Origin: Ophelia neglecta
Lineage: Eukaryota
Direction of reading: 5' to 3'
Assembly: GCA_965285935.1 (NCBI GenBank)
Contig: OZ260664.1
Location: forward strand, 25,730,001 to 25,794,000
DNA: 64,000 nucleotides
The position numbers and the translations under genes were made by a program. The notes under the pieces were generated by a model that made no database searches, was not told where the DNA came from, and saw nothing but the letters and a program-made list of their open reading frames with translations. This document shows, piece by piece, positions 41,612-56,365 of the stretch (the stretch's first letter is position 1; each line of letters opens with the position of its first letter).

Positions 41612-44600
41612 GTGAGTATACATTGTACACAAGTATATAGGCTCCCCATGTATCCATATTTCAGAGATGTTTAAATAAAGAACCATATTTCTTATATGGC
41701 GTACATTGCTCAATCTCGGGGATAACGTTTAAAAGCTCATTAGGCCCTAGATATAGAGAATTCATGGATTATACATATCTATGATTAGACACAATTCTAA
41801 GTTGAAAGTTCCAGTGAACTCTTATATCGAGATCTATCTGAACAGACGATAGTTGACAATTTAAAACGACACGATGCATTCATTAAAAACAATCAAAGAT
41901 AACAAAATTAGTGCATTGAAGCGTATTAATCCGCACTGGACTAGTAATGGGGTTACGACTCATGAATTTGTCTTCGTCGTGTACCTCTTTGGGCTTTTAA
42001 GGGTGCGTGTTTATTTGCATTCCCTCATAGTAATTATGAGTGCCTGTCTGTCTGTCCTACGCTGTAATTTCGACTAAATTCAATGAGAAGGAGGCTGTTG
42101 GGAGCTCCTTCGATCACAAAATTATGGCCAAGATTCATGTTGCAAATTTATTTAATATTTGTTCGGATTAAGCTTGGTTTTAGTCCTTATAATTGACAGA
42201 TAAAAAATACACGAACAAGATAAAGATTTTACATTTTAAGTTCTTGTTGCCATTGTATATAATCATTTTTCATTCTCTAATCATAAAGAATCCTGGTTGG
42301 GGTAGAAAAAATATATTTTATACTGCATTTAGATTTATTTAACAGCAATTATGCCGATAAATTCTGAGAAATGGTGGTAGTACTGAAGTACAAACCAAAC
42401 AAATATTGTGTTCAACGCGGGGGTTCAGCTAATTCTCCTCAGATAATCTGGCAACAGCTATGACATCATCAGTAGTAATAAAATGGTGATAAAAGTACGT
42501 ATCTGCAGGCTACAGACTTCACAGTTGCTAAATATATTTACTGATTAGCAGGATGTAAATTTGACTGGATGAAAATCTTATCCCGGAAATGTAATGATGT
42601 AAAATAAGCAATTTCATTTCCGGTTAGAACCTTATCTTGGGTTTGTGACGTGTGCTTACATTTTAGTTGTCTCGGCTGATTACATAAATGATCAGAATAA
42701 ATTATTTTCTGTAGAGGTGGAGTGGCCACATTGTTTATTCTATCCATGAATCGAGGAGAACTATTATTCCATTTAACTGCTGATGTATTGTATCCTGTCT
42801 GCCTCCGTTATGTCTTAGGTAAAACATATCAACACATGCCTAATATGTGTGTGTGTACAGTTCTGTAGCCTAAGTAGCCTCTAACCAATAGTGTAGGTTG
42901 GCAAAACGTATGTGTGCTCAGTGGGTGAGTGAATGATGTTGTTCAGAAAAATATGTTTATATTTTTTTTTGTAATTAAAAAAACCCTCTTCATGGAAACA
43001 GCATTATTTCTTCCAAGTCGTGTCGCTCATGCCATTGAAGTTTGTACCAAAAAAGGCGACATAGAAGGCACAGTACATCTGGCTTTAGAATACTTACACA
43101 TAGTTTCCTTCTTATATATTATATGGATATATACTAATGCCAAGGTAATGTTTAGAAATTGATTGAATATCTCTGCAATTGCGTTATGCCTTTTGTACAA
43201 TTGATGACATCCGGCGTGCTGCAATTCACAGTCCATTGGACTCCCTACTCTTCCCATGCATTGGCAAATTTTAGCAGTTTTCGAAATGTCAAATTTTCTT
43301 TAAAAAAAGTCACTATATCGATAAAAAATAAGATTAATTTAGAAGGAGACCAGTTTCAACTGTCAGTGATTTCTCTTAAGTTTTTGGGCTCATTGTCAAT
43401 GAGGGGATGATCTGCCCGTTGCATGCAGTTCACAGGATGAAGGGTCTAAGGTTTGAAAACTTCTCCGTTTCCACGTTGTCTTTAAGCAGATGAGTCGGTT
43501 ATTGATGATTGTGTAATACCTCTGAGATGAGGACTAGCACGCAATGGTGCCGAGTAAGCGGAATAAGGAATCAACTTACATGCCTTGCCAGAAAATAGGA
43601 TGATATCAGTTGGTCCACGCTTATGCATGGTTTGTTAGTGATATATTTTGGCAATTTTTTGTCAGTTATGTAGCTGAAACCGGAAAACTGCTTTAACTGT
43701 CTCGTTGAGGTCCTTCTCCTTTTTTGTGTTATCCTCAATCATTTTTTTGCCTGAGTTTTATATGGGTTTTATCTCTTCATATGCGATCAACGTACACACA
43801 TTTAAGGCGACTGAAAGGGTATTATAGATCAACATGGTTGATACGTAATATTCGCATGCTAGCTTGTTGCTATCGCATATCAGAAATGCTATATAGATAA
43901 ATCTTAATCATATTTAACCTACATCGGGGATTCTTCAAGAGAAAAAACACTTACCAATGTCTTACATGTATTATTAAACCCGAAGGCCTTCCTTGTTCTT
44001 GAAGATTTCTTACCTCTTTAATGGTTTATTCCTGGTTAATAAATTTGCTATGTATGTCGGGCATCCATTGGAGCTGTGTTTAGCCACCAATAAGCGATGC
44101 CTTCGTAACATGTGTACTGATTGCATCATGCTATGGATCGTGCAAAGTCGCCAAGCAATAGAAACCTTCTCTCTGAGATAACTTATAATTGAGAATGAAT
44201 AACATTTGTCTTAATAACATGTTTTCTGAAATAAGCAGAAAGAAATAGTACAATGGTGCTTATTCGATAACGGAATATATTTGAGACTTTTTTGTATTAT
44301 AATTACCTCCATGCTCCACCCAAACGCTAAGAATTATTCAACTGTATAGCCTTTCTTGGTCTGAACCTATATTCCTCAGTCCTAATGCGTGATACTATTC
44401 ACCGGTAAATTCCTTAATCAGTCCTGGCTTCTAGATAGGCCTATAGTGTTTTCCCCACTTGCGATTACAAATTATTACCGGTTGGAAAGAGTTAAAATAC
44501 AGAAAAACATTCCAATTCCGCTTTTCTGTTTTACCACAAAATTCCGGTAGTGAGTTGTCGTAAAGGAAGCGCCAAGAAGAAGTTTCCGAAATGTTGCCAT

Positions 44601-46399
44601 TGCAACCGTAAGCGAATTCAGGCGGTCTTCCCCGCTGGTTCTTTTTAGCTAGGTTGGGCCCAATATTGTTGCAGTCCCGAAATTAGGCACTAAGGAACAG
44701 TTAACACTATTGGACTATATATGGCACAGTTTTCTCACCAGAAAAGACAAAAAATATATTGATTTATCCTGCCATCAAATCACAAAGATGCTAAACCTAC
44801 AAAAATAGCAAAGACGTTTCCCGAACTTCTTCGAGCCTTCTACGGCAGAAGATTTTTGTGAGGTTAGTTATTTTCTAATGACTTCTTTTTAAACTGATGC
44901 CACTTTAATAATTCCTGTGATTAATGCATAAAAATACAGAAGGTTGAAAATTAACCATGTTTCATTCAAAATTCTTCAGTAAAAATTGTAGAAAAAATTT
45001 AAAGTGGTTCCACTTCTACTTTCGAAAGTAGGTGACATCGGATATATATGTTGACTATGTTGACCAAATATATTATTAACATATTACTATACCAGGAATC
45101 ATATATTATTAATATATAACTGTAATGTATGACTAAATTGACCAAGGTATTTTCTATACTAAATCTATAAATCAATTGCTAATGAGCAGTAATTAATTAA
45201 TATGAATTAATAAATAATGTAAATTAAACGATACAACTTATATATATATATATAAAATGTTCTTTATTTTTCAGGAAATAACGAAAATGTACAAAACTAA
45301 GAAATGCAAAAAGAAAGAGAGACCAAGGGAAGAAGTATATAAGAACTCGAAGACAAGAAATTGAATCGAATAAGCGTGCATGAGTAATATGTAAGAAATG
45401 ACAAGTAATATAAAGCATCATTTTAGTGATTTTGGTAAAGATTCGATCGTACATCATCTTATTTTTTCAAATTGTATAAATATTAAAGTTCAGATTAAGA
45501 CTTTCTTGTTGAGGATATGCCATTAATATATTTGTAATCTTGGGATAAATAAACGGTTTTAAGTTTCTACTTTTAGTAATATCTACAATAATATTGAATA
45601 CTGATATTAGTTATCCAGGTACGTTTCGTCGAGATTCTACACAAAGAAACTTAAACATAGATAATGACACAAATGACAGATCATTATCGGTGTACTAAGA
45701 TCATCTATGCGCTTCACAAGAGATTGATTATAATTGGCTATCTATAGCCTAGGCAGTCCCAGAAACAGACCGAGATAACCGTAAAACTATTGAGAAGGAA
45801 AATAAATTGTAATGAAAAAGAACGTTATAATGTTTTTTTAAGGAATATACGTGTAAATGGTGCCGAAAATAGTCCTGGTGTACAAGTAGTGGCGCATCGT
45901 GCATGCACAGGTATTCTTTTATTGAAACTACAAACAAACGCTACTTGGCTTTAAGTCACTCAGTCTCTGCATACGACAGGAGTGCTTTTGTTTTATTTAT
46001 TTGGTCCAGTTATCTAATTATTTGGCAATAGTGACATGGATTAATAATGTTAAGCATAACTGTGATGAAATAGATAGATAAGAAGGTAGTTTTAGTTGGG
46101 TATTTTACATCGCTATTAATACATGCAAGAAGGATGGCAGTGTAGATTGTTTTGTGTAGTTAATGTCTAAGGAATATTGTAGTGTGCTTTCTACCCACAA
46201 ATATATAATAACTTATTGAATTATGGTGTCGGTGCCTATTGTGCATTCTATTTTCTTTAACATGTTTAATGTGGTGCATTTTTATAAATAATTCGTTAAA
46301 ATTATATTCCTTTGCTTTCGACTAACATTTATTGTTTATTGTGTAATGGAATGCGTGTTAGATATAGTGTTAGCTTTCATAGTGCCTTTTTTTCTTTAG

Positions 46400-46632
46400 G
46401 AGTAACCACCGTTCTCACAATGGCTTTTCTGGGCATTGACAACAGAAGAGACTTGCCAAAAGTGCCCTACTCCACTGCTTTGGACTACTTTGTTGGCGCT
46501 TGTTTTGCGTTTGTTCTTGCTAGCATACTTCAGTTCGCCAGCGTTCATTTCTTCACAAAACATGGCAGCGGGGAAGTTTTTCTTGTGTCACCGGAAACAA
46601 CTGACGATGAATGTGAAGACGAGGCTGATAGA
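46400..46632 (+). CDS. Grd: Grd exon 8A: TM2 (T6'), TM2-3 loop and TM3
   Basis: tttttctttag| acceptor, AGA|gtaagt donor, 233 nt, phase 1-0; GVTTVLTMAFLGIDNRRDLPKVPYSTALDYF. Confidence 0.95.
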
Positions 46633-47372
46633 GTAAGTTTTTGTTGGTGTGACATTGTATTATATTACAGTTAAATTTTACATATATGAACACTGCTAAC
46701 GGAATTGGTTAATTATTAGCCTCTCTACAGATAAATAATTATTCCAACCTCCCTAGGTGCCAATATAAACTATTCTGAATAGTGTATTAATATAGTTCTT
46801 CTTAATATACTTCTTCCAAAAAAGTTCAACCGGCCTTCCCCTTCAGTTGGTAGATAGCATCTGTCATCGCGTCAAGCGATCAGCTATAGTCATTCCCTCA
46901 CATACCCCAGAATATTTGATTAATTACTGAAATATTTCCCCCAAAACAAGACGGCTGGCAAAAGCGTTTTCAGTAATGGCATAAAAACGTTTAATCAATC
47001 ACATAGTAACAGATAAAATAAAGACCCGCAAACTTCAGATTGGTCATCCCTACTGATTGTCGAGGAAATCTTAGAATAAAGTTGAATATAAAGTAAAGAT
47101 TAGGCCTAATTGTTATAACATGAGTAATTCCGCGATTATCATGCACCCTGTTACTCTGGTAATACAATTACAAAATTACATAAATGGTCTTTTTTGGCCC
47201 TACACTGCTGTTACCCCGATGATCCTTCAGGATGGGCTTTTTGGGGCGTGGCTATATCATTCGGTTATAGGCCTAAGCACAATTTATACATATTTCTGCA
47301 GCTGTAAAGTATTTGATATATGTCCGTGTGATATAATATGTAATAAGAAATATAAATTTGCTTTAATTATAG

Positions 47373-47753
47373 GAGCGCAAGATATTGATGGAAAGACGCA
47401 GCACGATGCCTATGGCGTCCACATCTTCTTTCAAAAACAGAGTCAGCAAAATGAACGGAGAAAGGACAAAAGTGGGCAGTATCTCGTCTACACAGTATAG
47501 AATGAGGCACGATTACAATATAAAACATCGAGCTTCTTTTTTATCGCAATTGTGGAACTGCTTGAAAGGAAGCTCAAAATATCGTGATTTCAAGTTGTTA
47601 GTGAGTTTTGATGGACTTAATAGTGTTAGTAACATCGATCAGGTAGCAAGGATTCTATTTCCTATAGCATTCTTAACGTTTAACGTTTTCTACTGGTTCA
47701 CCTATTTAGGTAGTTTAGATAGGGAGTCTCTCTCCTCCTTACTTAGTAGATAG
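47373..47753 (+). CDS. Grd: Grd exon 9A: intracellular loop, TM4 and stop
   Basis: taattatag| acceptor, phase 0; ERKILMERRS...NSVSNIDQVARILFPIAFLTFNVFYWFTYL...TAG. Confidence 0.93.
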   Translation, partial: ERKILMERRSTMPMASTSSFKNRVSKMNGERTKVGSISSTQYRMRHDYNIKHRASFLSQLWNCLKGSSKYRDFKLLVSFDGLNSVSNIDQVARILFPIAFLTFNVFYWFTYLGSLDRESLSSLLSR

Positions 47754-48356
47754 TTGTCGACGACTTAAGAAAATGAACATCAGAAACAATTCTAGTCCTC
47801 CATCAGAATGGGATGGTACTTGGGCGTAGGTGGCCTGCCTCCCCCGTCCATCATACTTGTAATAAATGTGATTGTGTACAAACAATTGCCCAATTTGATA
47901 AGGATCTTGCGGGGTGTGTGGAAAGGAGTAGTAGCACTTGACCCTATGCTTGGGCTTTACCAAATGATTTTAATGCGAGAGGAAGCCATCGTCTTAAAAA
48001 AATTGTGTGGGAGTTATTTGCAAGCTAGAATGGGATACTATAGCAAAGTAGGCATATTAAGAATAACAATAGTATAGAAACATTGCTAGTTTGATTAAGA
48101 TGTTGGGTCATTGTAATAAGTAAAAGTAAACACTCTAGACATAATCGGTTTTTTGTAACTTGATTAAATATGTAATGCACTTTAGCACTTTAGCTAATAA
48201 CCCCATGCACTCGCCGTCATCTCAATCTGTGCTTAATAATGTGTCTTAATAACTGTGTTTTCATAGTGACCATGCATCTTTCCATATCCTTCAGGTATGT
48301 AGCTGGTGAATAATATGTGGCCCCTATATTCACATGCATTCGAATGTTACTATTGA

Positions 48357-48362
48357 AATAAA
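48357..48362 (+). terminator. Candidate polyadenylation signal for isoform A (another AATAAA at 47861)
   Basis: AATAAA about 600 nt after the A stop. Motif only; common in AT-rich DNA. Confidence 0.3.
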
Positions 48363-48418
48363 ATACATGTATACGTCATCGAATTTTCATTATTTGTATA
48401 ATGACTTGCTTAGTGCAT

Positions 48419-48475
48419 CTTGACTTGGGGTAACTATATTTTGACTTGGGGGCAACTCCAGTTTGACTTGGGGCA
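48419..48475. repeat. Three copies of ttgacttgggg at about 21-bp spacing
   Basis: Seen directly; resembles a MITE subterminal array. Confidence 0.55.
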
Positions 48476-50765
48476 TGAACGGAAAGAGACTAGTCAGCTT
48501 AGTTGCCCACTTATAAGCAGGTCATTAATATTAATCGCAATTAAACTGGTACCCTTCACATTTGCACCGGCAGATGTCGCTGGTGCCAATGTATCCGGAC
48601 CAATGAGAGCCCTCAGGACAAATTAGGTTATAAAAAAGCGCAAAAAAAGACTACTTGGATAAGTCACCTCTGTCAGCACTAGGTAACTAGACCAAATTAA
48701 CAGCGATGTTTAAAAAATGTCTCAATATGATATCCAAATTCAAATTGCTTAGTGAATCACCGAATTAGTTCGTTTGTGACGAGATTTTAAAACAGTGCCA
48801 TGGGCTCCGGGCATAAATGCTTAAAATCAATGAAGTTTATTGGATGTACAAGTATCCGATATGCCAAATCTGATTTCTCGATTGGGGTTATCTAGTAAGT
48901 TAAGACAGGCCACGTTCCTTTGATTCTGTTAAGAGATCTTTTGGTGTATAAGTGTTTATATTGGTCATATATATATGGTGGACGACATTGAGTGTTTTAT
49001 TCTTCTAATCAAGAAGGAAATAAAGTGGATTCACGTACGCTATTTCAGTGGAGATTTTAATTTTGATAGCCATATCCAAAATTCAAATATATACAATTAA
49101 CCATGATAATCCCCAACAAAATAGTACGGTTCTAACAGCAAAAGTTATAACGAACTAAAATAATAACAGTCAAAGATAAACGAACAATGGGCACTGGGTG
49201 TCAAAGGTGTTACCCCCAAATTGATGATAAGGGCTATTGATCTGAGAACTAGGCTATTTGCAGCAATCCGTTAAATTGGCCTGTTAAAGGCAAATTTCTT
49301 TATTACCTGATATGTGAAGAAAAGAAAGTTTCTCATATAGTTTCTTTGATAGTTTTGTTTTGCTAAGCAGAATTTGACTGAACGTACTATGATTGAATTA
49401 TTGATCAGTTTGGTGGATACATTGGATAATTGACTCTAAATGTCCCCGGTCAACAGCGTTTCCCTGGGATGCCACGAAATCCTTCTATCAGAGTTATAAA
49501 TTTGTGTGTATAGCTTATCATATTATACAAATTTATTTGCATGTGTAGTTGAATAAGATTCAATATAAGTTCCGTTGTTATTTCTAATGTTTACTATGTA
49601 TCGTAGCTCGTCTTCGCCTCCGACTCAAGTTCTTTTATTGGCACGCTACACTAATATAGTATTTTTAAACAGCCGTGATAACATGGTTGTCGTTACCTTG
49701 GGCGTAGGATACACACTGACTTAACCAAGATACCCTATTGGTTGTGTTCAAACCGGTTATTTCTTAATAGAAAAAAATACAACGCAACGTTATATATACA
49801 ATTATGATGTGCATATAAATTTGGTAAGACATAAGAATTGCAAACTTAGAAACAGAAAAAGCTGCAAAACTAATACAAATGATAATAAAAAAAAAATTCA
49901 TAATGGCGCACTGGCAATATGTGGCAAAAGTATTAAAACACTTTTTTTAAAGAGATGTGAATCGTAAAAACAAATGACGTCTTCTTCTCAAACCAAAACC
50001 ATCTTTAGGAAAAATAAATAATGTCGTACACACACAAACACACCAAATCAGCCCTCGCCCTCGCCTTCCTCCTCTCAGCCATGAAAATAACTGCCCCTTA
50101 AAGAATTATATGAAGAAATCTATAAATCTATACATAAAGACAAATGATACGCAAAGTTCACTGAGAAAAGATTGTCTTTGACTAGCTAAATAATGTGCCA
50201 TGCGAGCTGGTTCGAAACTGAATTTTCAATTGCCACATTTACTAGAAAACTATTGTTTTATGCCAATCCATACGACTCAACATTTAATTGAGGATAAAAT
50301 ATGGTGGGACATTTGTAACAAATTTTAAAGTTTGGGACACGTTTCGTCAATAATTTCAATTTTGGATCGCTTCATATATATGCACTTGAGTTAGTCAGTA
50401 ACCACTCTTGTTATTCAACCTCCCCTTGAATATTGACTCACAATCACGGGTCTACGATGTGCTTACATAGATACTGCGACTTCAAAGCAGACCGGGGAAG
50501 CTTCATTGTAGTTTCAGTAAAGACGCCGTATGCAAACCATCCAAATGGGCATAGACACCTGTTAGACAAACAGTATGTTAAGTATTGGTGAAGTAACTCA
50601 TAGTCCACCGTATTGTTTGTATGGTAAAACGGAAGTTTAGGTATGTGCCCATAGAAATGTTTGTTGATCCGCCTGACTCTATATGTAATAAGTTTCTCGT
50701 AGTATTTTAATATTGGTAAGCAAATGTTCGAAATATGAAAGGTTCCACCTTTTATGTATGGTGAA

Positions 50766-50977
50766 TGTCATATAATACTTACCAGGTTATAATATATATA
50801 CTTGCCCTGTACTCCCCTGGGCTGGTGACGTCGCGGTGTCGGATGTCACGTGGGGACGCTCTAGTGTGTGAGCAAGCCGTTAGCCATTCTAGTGACCACC
50901 GGTGATTTGTACCTATCCGAGTTACATGAAAATAAACTCTATTGTTACCTGCCAATGGGCTATCGATCTTCATTACA
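50766..50977 (+). repeat. Outer element 5' LTR
   Basis: Direct repeat of 60212-60423; TG...CA ends; AATAAA at 50931. Confidence 0.97.
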
Positions 50978-50990
50978 TGGTGTCAGAAGT
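50978..50990 (+). promoter_or_regulatory. Primer binding site TGGTGTCAGAAGT (tRNA-Leu type)
   Basis: Immediately follows the 5' LTR; complementary to a tRNA-Leu 3' end ...ACTTCTGACACCA (recalled). Confidence 0.85.
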
Positions 50991-51124
50991 AATCAGGAAC
51001 ATTGTGATCGGATATTTCTTAGTGTGGAGGATCAATCGTACCGGAATTCAGTGTGACTTTGTGACCGCTGTGTTTTTGTGTGTGTGTGTGTGTGTAGCCT
51101 ATACTAGCACACATAACCTACAGG

Positions 51125-52089
51125 ATGGCATTCAAGGCACCAACACCAGACACCTTCAACTTCGTGAAACCGGAGACATGGCCGGAATGGAGGGACAGAT
51201 TCAAGAGATTCAGGACAGCCGCGAAACTGCATAAGGAGGAAGGACACATACAGGTTTCTCAATTAATTTACTGTATGGGGTCACAGGCAGAAACTATATT
51301 TATGACATTCCAATTTGAAGAAGAAGCCCATAAGACTAATTTTGACCAAGTTTTGACTAAGTTTGACAACCATTTTGTCCCCCGCAGAATCCAAATGAAT
51401 GAAAGGGCTAGATTTTTTGCTGAAAATCAGAAACCGGAGGAGAACATTGAAACTTTTGTTAGGCGTCTGTATGAACTTTCTGAATCTTGTGACTTCCCAG
51501 ATAGGGATAACACTATTCGTGACAAGTTAGTTTTAGGAATGACTGACAAGGAGACATCACAGAGATTACAAATGGATGATGATCTTGACCTTAATAAGGC
51601 CCTCACCACGGCAAAGCAGGCGGAATTAGTAAAAACGCAGATGAGGGAGCTACAAAAATTGCAGATAAATTCAGATGTAAATGAAATTAAGAAAAAGAGT
51701 CGACATTTTGGGAAGAGAGACAGTGCTCAGGGAAGAGACAGTGCCCAATATAGACGAAGACCACAGGGTCAACAGGAAGTTGATCATTGTGGGAGATGTG
51801 GCACAAGTCATCAGAGGGGAAAATGCCCAGCCAAAGGTAGGAAATGTTACGGCTGTGGAAATTTCAATCATTTCAAATCCCAATGTAAGTCGAGATCACA
51901 AGGTCAAAGGAGAAGGCTACATGAAGTCACAGAAAATTTACCAGCCAGTGTAACTAACCCTGAGCAGCAGAGCTATGTGCCGGAAGAATTTTTCATTGGT
52001 GACCTGACTCATACAGGAGACAAGGAGCCATGGTATGTTTTACTGGAAGTCTGTAAGACCACAATCAAATTCAAAATTGACTCAGGGGC
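51125..52089 (+). CDS. gag: Outer element gag plus N-terminal part of protease, interrupted at DSG-A
   Basis: ORF 51125..52213 is Gag-like with two zinc knuckles and FKIDSG; residues after 52089 derive from the inner LTR. Confidence 0.9.
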
Positions 52090-52284
52090 TGTCACGATAG
52101 TCCGCATTTTGGTTCATCCGTCTTTTGTAGTGCGCACAGTCATGTTCCGACTTTTGTATCAGTCCCCTGGTGGTTCCGGTTTGTCACTTCCGCCCAAGCT
52201 AAAATACAAATAAACATCTCATAAAATGTTATGAGTTTTATCGTCTCACATCGAAGACTTATTCAACAGAGACTAAACGTTACA
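52090..52284 (+). repeat. Inner element 5' LTR
   Basis: Identical by eye to 56824-57018. Confidence 0.97.
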
Positions 52285-52324
52285 TGGTGTCAGAAGCTGG
52301 AGAAAACTTCATAGATTCTTCAGG

Positions 52325-55300
52325 ATGGCAGTTGCAATCAATCAAAGTGTTCCATTCCCGGAAAAACTCAATTTAACAGGAGACCTGAAAGGTCAGTGGG
52401 AGTATTTTATACAGTCATACAAGAACTATGAGATAGCTTCACGTGTAAAGGAACAACCCATGGAGGTAAGGGTTTCTACTCTGCTGTCATGCTTCGGGAA
52501 GGAGGCATTTAAAGTTTTCAATGCCCTAACATTTGAGGATCCAAACCACAAGAAACAATTTGACAAAATTGTGGATAAAATGGAACTGTATTGTGTGGGA
52601 GAATCCAACGTTATTTATGAGAGATACATCTTCAATCAGCTCACTCAGAAGGGGGAAAGTTTCGATGCATTTCTGACAGAACTGAAAAATCAAGCACAGA
52701 AATGCACTTATGGAACCCTTGAGAATGAACTGATTCGAGACAGAATTGTAGTTGGTGTGAAAGATGATTCTCTTAGAAAGAGACTTCTACAGGAGAAAGC
52801 ACTCACACTAAACCAATCTGTTACAATGGCTAGGGCCTATGAGCAAACATCACAACGACTTCGGGACATGAAGGCTACAGATCAGCAGGTAGATGCTATC
52901 TCAAATAAATCTACAATTAATAACTGTAAATTCTGTGCTGGCTCCCACCTTCCCAGCAGAGAAGCATGCCCAGCATGGCAGAAAGTATGTGCTAACTGTG
53001 GCGTTAAAAACCACTTTAGTAAGTGTTGTAGGCAAGGTAAAGCACACAAAGCACAAATTTCACAGGCTGCCCCCCAGCCAAGAAAATCCACACCCAAGAG
53101 GAAATCCAAATCTGGCCGGCCCATACGTGCACTCGACGAGGAGCTGGAACAGGACATTCTGCACCTCACTGTTGCTTCCCTCAGCAGTCAGTCACAGGTC
53201 AGGGCTGAAATGAAAATACAGAACAGTGCTATAAAATTTACCCTGGACACCGGAGCTTCTGCCAACGTTTTATCACAGAAACAGTACTTTCAAGTAGGCG
53301 GTAGGATGGCTGATCTTGAGCCTTCCTCCATCCTGTTAACTACATACACTGGGGAAAATTTCAAACCTATTGGACAGAAGGTACTTACCGTCACAAATCC
53401 ACAAAATGAGCAGAATTACCGTGTGAGATTCCAGGTAGTAGCCGCTAACCTCAAACCTATACTCGGATCCAGAGCTTGTCAGGCTATGAACTTAGTAACT
53501 TTTAATGTACAAAACATCCAACAAATCAATGAACCTACTGATCCTTTGGTGCGCTTCAAGGACGTGTTTGAAGGTGAGGGATGTCTTCCAGGTCAAGTCT
53601 CACTTACCGTAGATCCCTCTGTCGCGCCATCTCGCCAGCCTCCCCGTAGGGTCCCCATTGCCTTACGTGATCCTGTCAAAGCTGAGATTGACCGTCTGGT
53701 TGACCTCGGTATCATCGAACCAGTTACAGAACCTACTGACTGGGTGTCTGCTATGCTAATTGTCAAGAAGAAAAATGGGAACCTTAGGATCTGCATAGAT
53801 CCACGACCACTGAATGTTGCTTTGAAGAGGAGTCATTATCCATTTCCTCCTGTGGACGAGTTGATGTCTGACTTGAGAAAAGCTAGGGTGTTCACTGTCG
53901 TCGACGCCAAGAACGGTTTTTGGCATGTCAAACTAGACGAGGAGTCTAGCAGGTTGACAACTTTTACCACACCTTGGGGTCGATTTAAGTGGACAAGACT
54001 TTGTTTCGGAATATCGGTCGCCCCCGAACTTTTTCAGAGAAAAATGCACGAGGCCACCGAGGGTCTCTCTGGAGTTCGAGTCATACACGATGACACTATC
54101 ATATGGGGCGAGGGAGACTATGATGACGAGGCTCTCCGCGACCATGAAAAAAATCTAACTGCCTTTCTCGCTCGATGTCAGGAGAGGGGAATCAAGCTGA
54201 ATAAATCTAAGATGGTACTCAGAAGCCCTCAGGTCAAATTCATGGGCCACATTTGGTCCAAATCAGGAGTCTCACCAGACCCATCAATCATCGAAGCCAT
54301 CACCAAGATGCCTCCTCCTACCGACAAGAGCGGTGTACTTCGTCTGTTAGGAATGGTGAAGTACGTTCAGAAGTTTCTGCCAAACTTATCAGCAATTACA
54401 GCTGATATCAGAGAACTTTTACAAGATGACGTTCAGTTTGTTTGGGACAGTGCAGTGCAGGGACAGGCATTTAAAAAAATCAAACAGATCCTGACCAGTG
54501 TACCTGTACTGAAATACTTCAATCCAGAGAAAGAAATTCGACTTCAATGTGATGCCTCAGAGAAGGGCCTGGGAGCAACCTTGCTCCAGGATAATCACCC
54601 AGTGGCATTTGCCTCACGCGCCCTCTCCAAGGCCGAGGTAAATTATGCCCAGATTGAGAAGGAACTCTTAGCTATCGTCTTCGCATGCGAGAGATTTGAA
54701 CCCTTCATTTATGGTCTGCCAGTATCGGTGGAGACAGACCACAAACCCCTCGAGATCATCGCGAGGAAATCTCTTATCACGGCTCCCAAACGCCTCCAAC
54801 GCATGTTACTTCGCCTCCAGAAATACCAGTTGAACATTCAATACAAGAAAGGAGAAGATATGCTCCTAGCTGATCCACTGAGCTGAGCCTATCTCAAGTA
54901 CGATCAGCGTACACCATGTCAAAATGACGACATTTTGTCACTTGAAATAGCTTCAATCCAAATGAAAGACTTTCTCGCCATGTCTGAAGCTAGAATTGAG
55001 TCAGTGAAACAGGAAACGAAGGCTGACCCTGACCTCACATTTCTCACACATGTTGTACTTCAAGGGTGGCCGGACTCGTCGGCAAACTTACCCGAGGAGA
55101 TCAAACCATACTTCCAATTTCGCGAGGAGCTCTCATATCAGGATGGGCTTCTATTCAAAGGAGAGAGACTGATTATTCCAAAGTCGGCTAGGCATGACAT
55201 AATTGCCACTCTCCACGAGGCTCATCAAGGGATACAAGCTGCTCTTAGAAGGGCACGTGAGGTCGTGTACTGGCCAGGTATGCACTCAGACTTGGAAAAT

Positions 55301-56365
55301 CACTTCAAATTGTGCTCTACTTGCTGTTCTATGAACACAGCTCAGCAGAAAGAGCAAATGATCCCTCATGAAATCCCCTCCAGACCTTGGCAAAAGGTTG
55401 GTGTGGACATTTTTGATGCCAAAAACCAGTCTTATCTCGTCTGTACAGATTACTACTCGGACTTTTTTGAGATCGACAATCTGGCAGGTTCTAAAACTGC
55501 ACAAGCTGTGATCAAGAAACTCAAGGCACATTTTGCCAGACACGGCATTCCTTCAGAGGTAGTATCAGATAATGCCCCCTTCGATTCTAGAGAATTCCAT
55601 GAATTCTCCGAAAGATATGATTTCAAGCACACTACCTCATCGCCGCATTATCCTGTCTCCAATGGAAAGGCCGAGAATGCAGTAAAGCAGGCCAAATCTA
55701 TTATTCTCAAGGCCGAGGATCCATATCTAGCCTTGCTTGCCCTCCGTAATACCCCTACGGAAAATATCACTTTGTCACCTGCACAGCGCCTGTTTGGAAG
55801 GAGGACCAGGACAACGTTGCCGACCAAGGCAAATCTGTTGAATCCACTCCAGTCTGCTAGTCTGTCTGTTCCAGGAAAACTGGCAGAAAGGAAGAACAAA
55901 CAGTCGTTCTACTACAATCTCCATGCTAAGGATCTCCCACCACTCAGTCCCGGAGATGTGGTGAGAGTAAAGCCTTACGGGTCAAATAAACTGTGGAAGA
56001 AAGCAATTGTCAATTCACAAGTTGACATTCGCTCATATCAGGTCACTACAGAAGACGGTGCAGTGTATCGTCGTAATCGCAATCATCTGCGATCATCGCC
56101 TGGAGAGAATTTCCAACCAGCACCCTCTCACGACCTAATAAATGAGCCACCGTCCAGTGCTCTCCCACAGCTGGCACCACCCCCGATGTCACCAGTGCCA
56201 GTCGACCAACCCGCAACTAGCACTCCACCCCAGTCTGAGAGTGCACCTGCACCTACACTTCAGCAGACAGAGTCACCTAAATTGGGCAATAACAAACTGC
56301 CCCTTCGTACAAAATCTGGCCGAGCTGTCAGGAGGAATTTCGACCCTAACTTCGTATATCAATAA
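52325..56365 (+). pseudogene. gag-pol: Inner element gag-pol single frame, broken by one in-frame TGA at 54884-54886
   Basis: ORFs 52325..54886 (Gag, LDTGA protease, RT IHDD, RNase H) and 54935..56365 (integrase) share a frame. The stop replaces the conserved Arg of AD.LSR, probably CGA>TGA. Confidence 0.9.
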
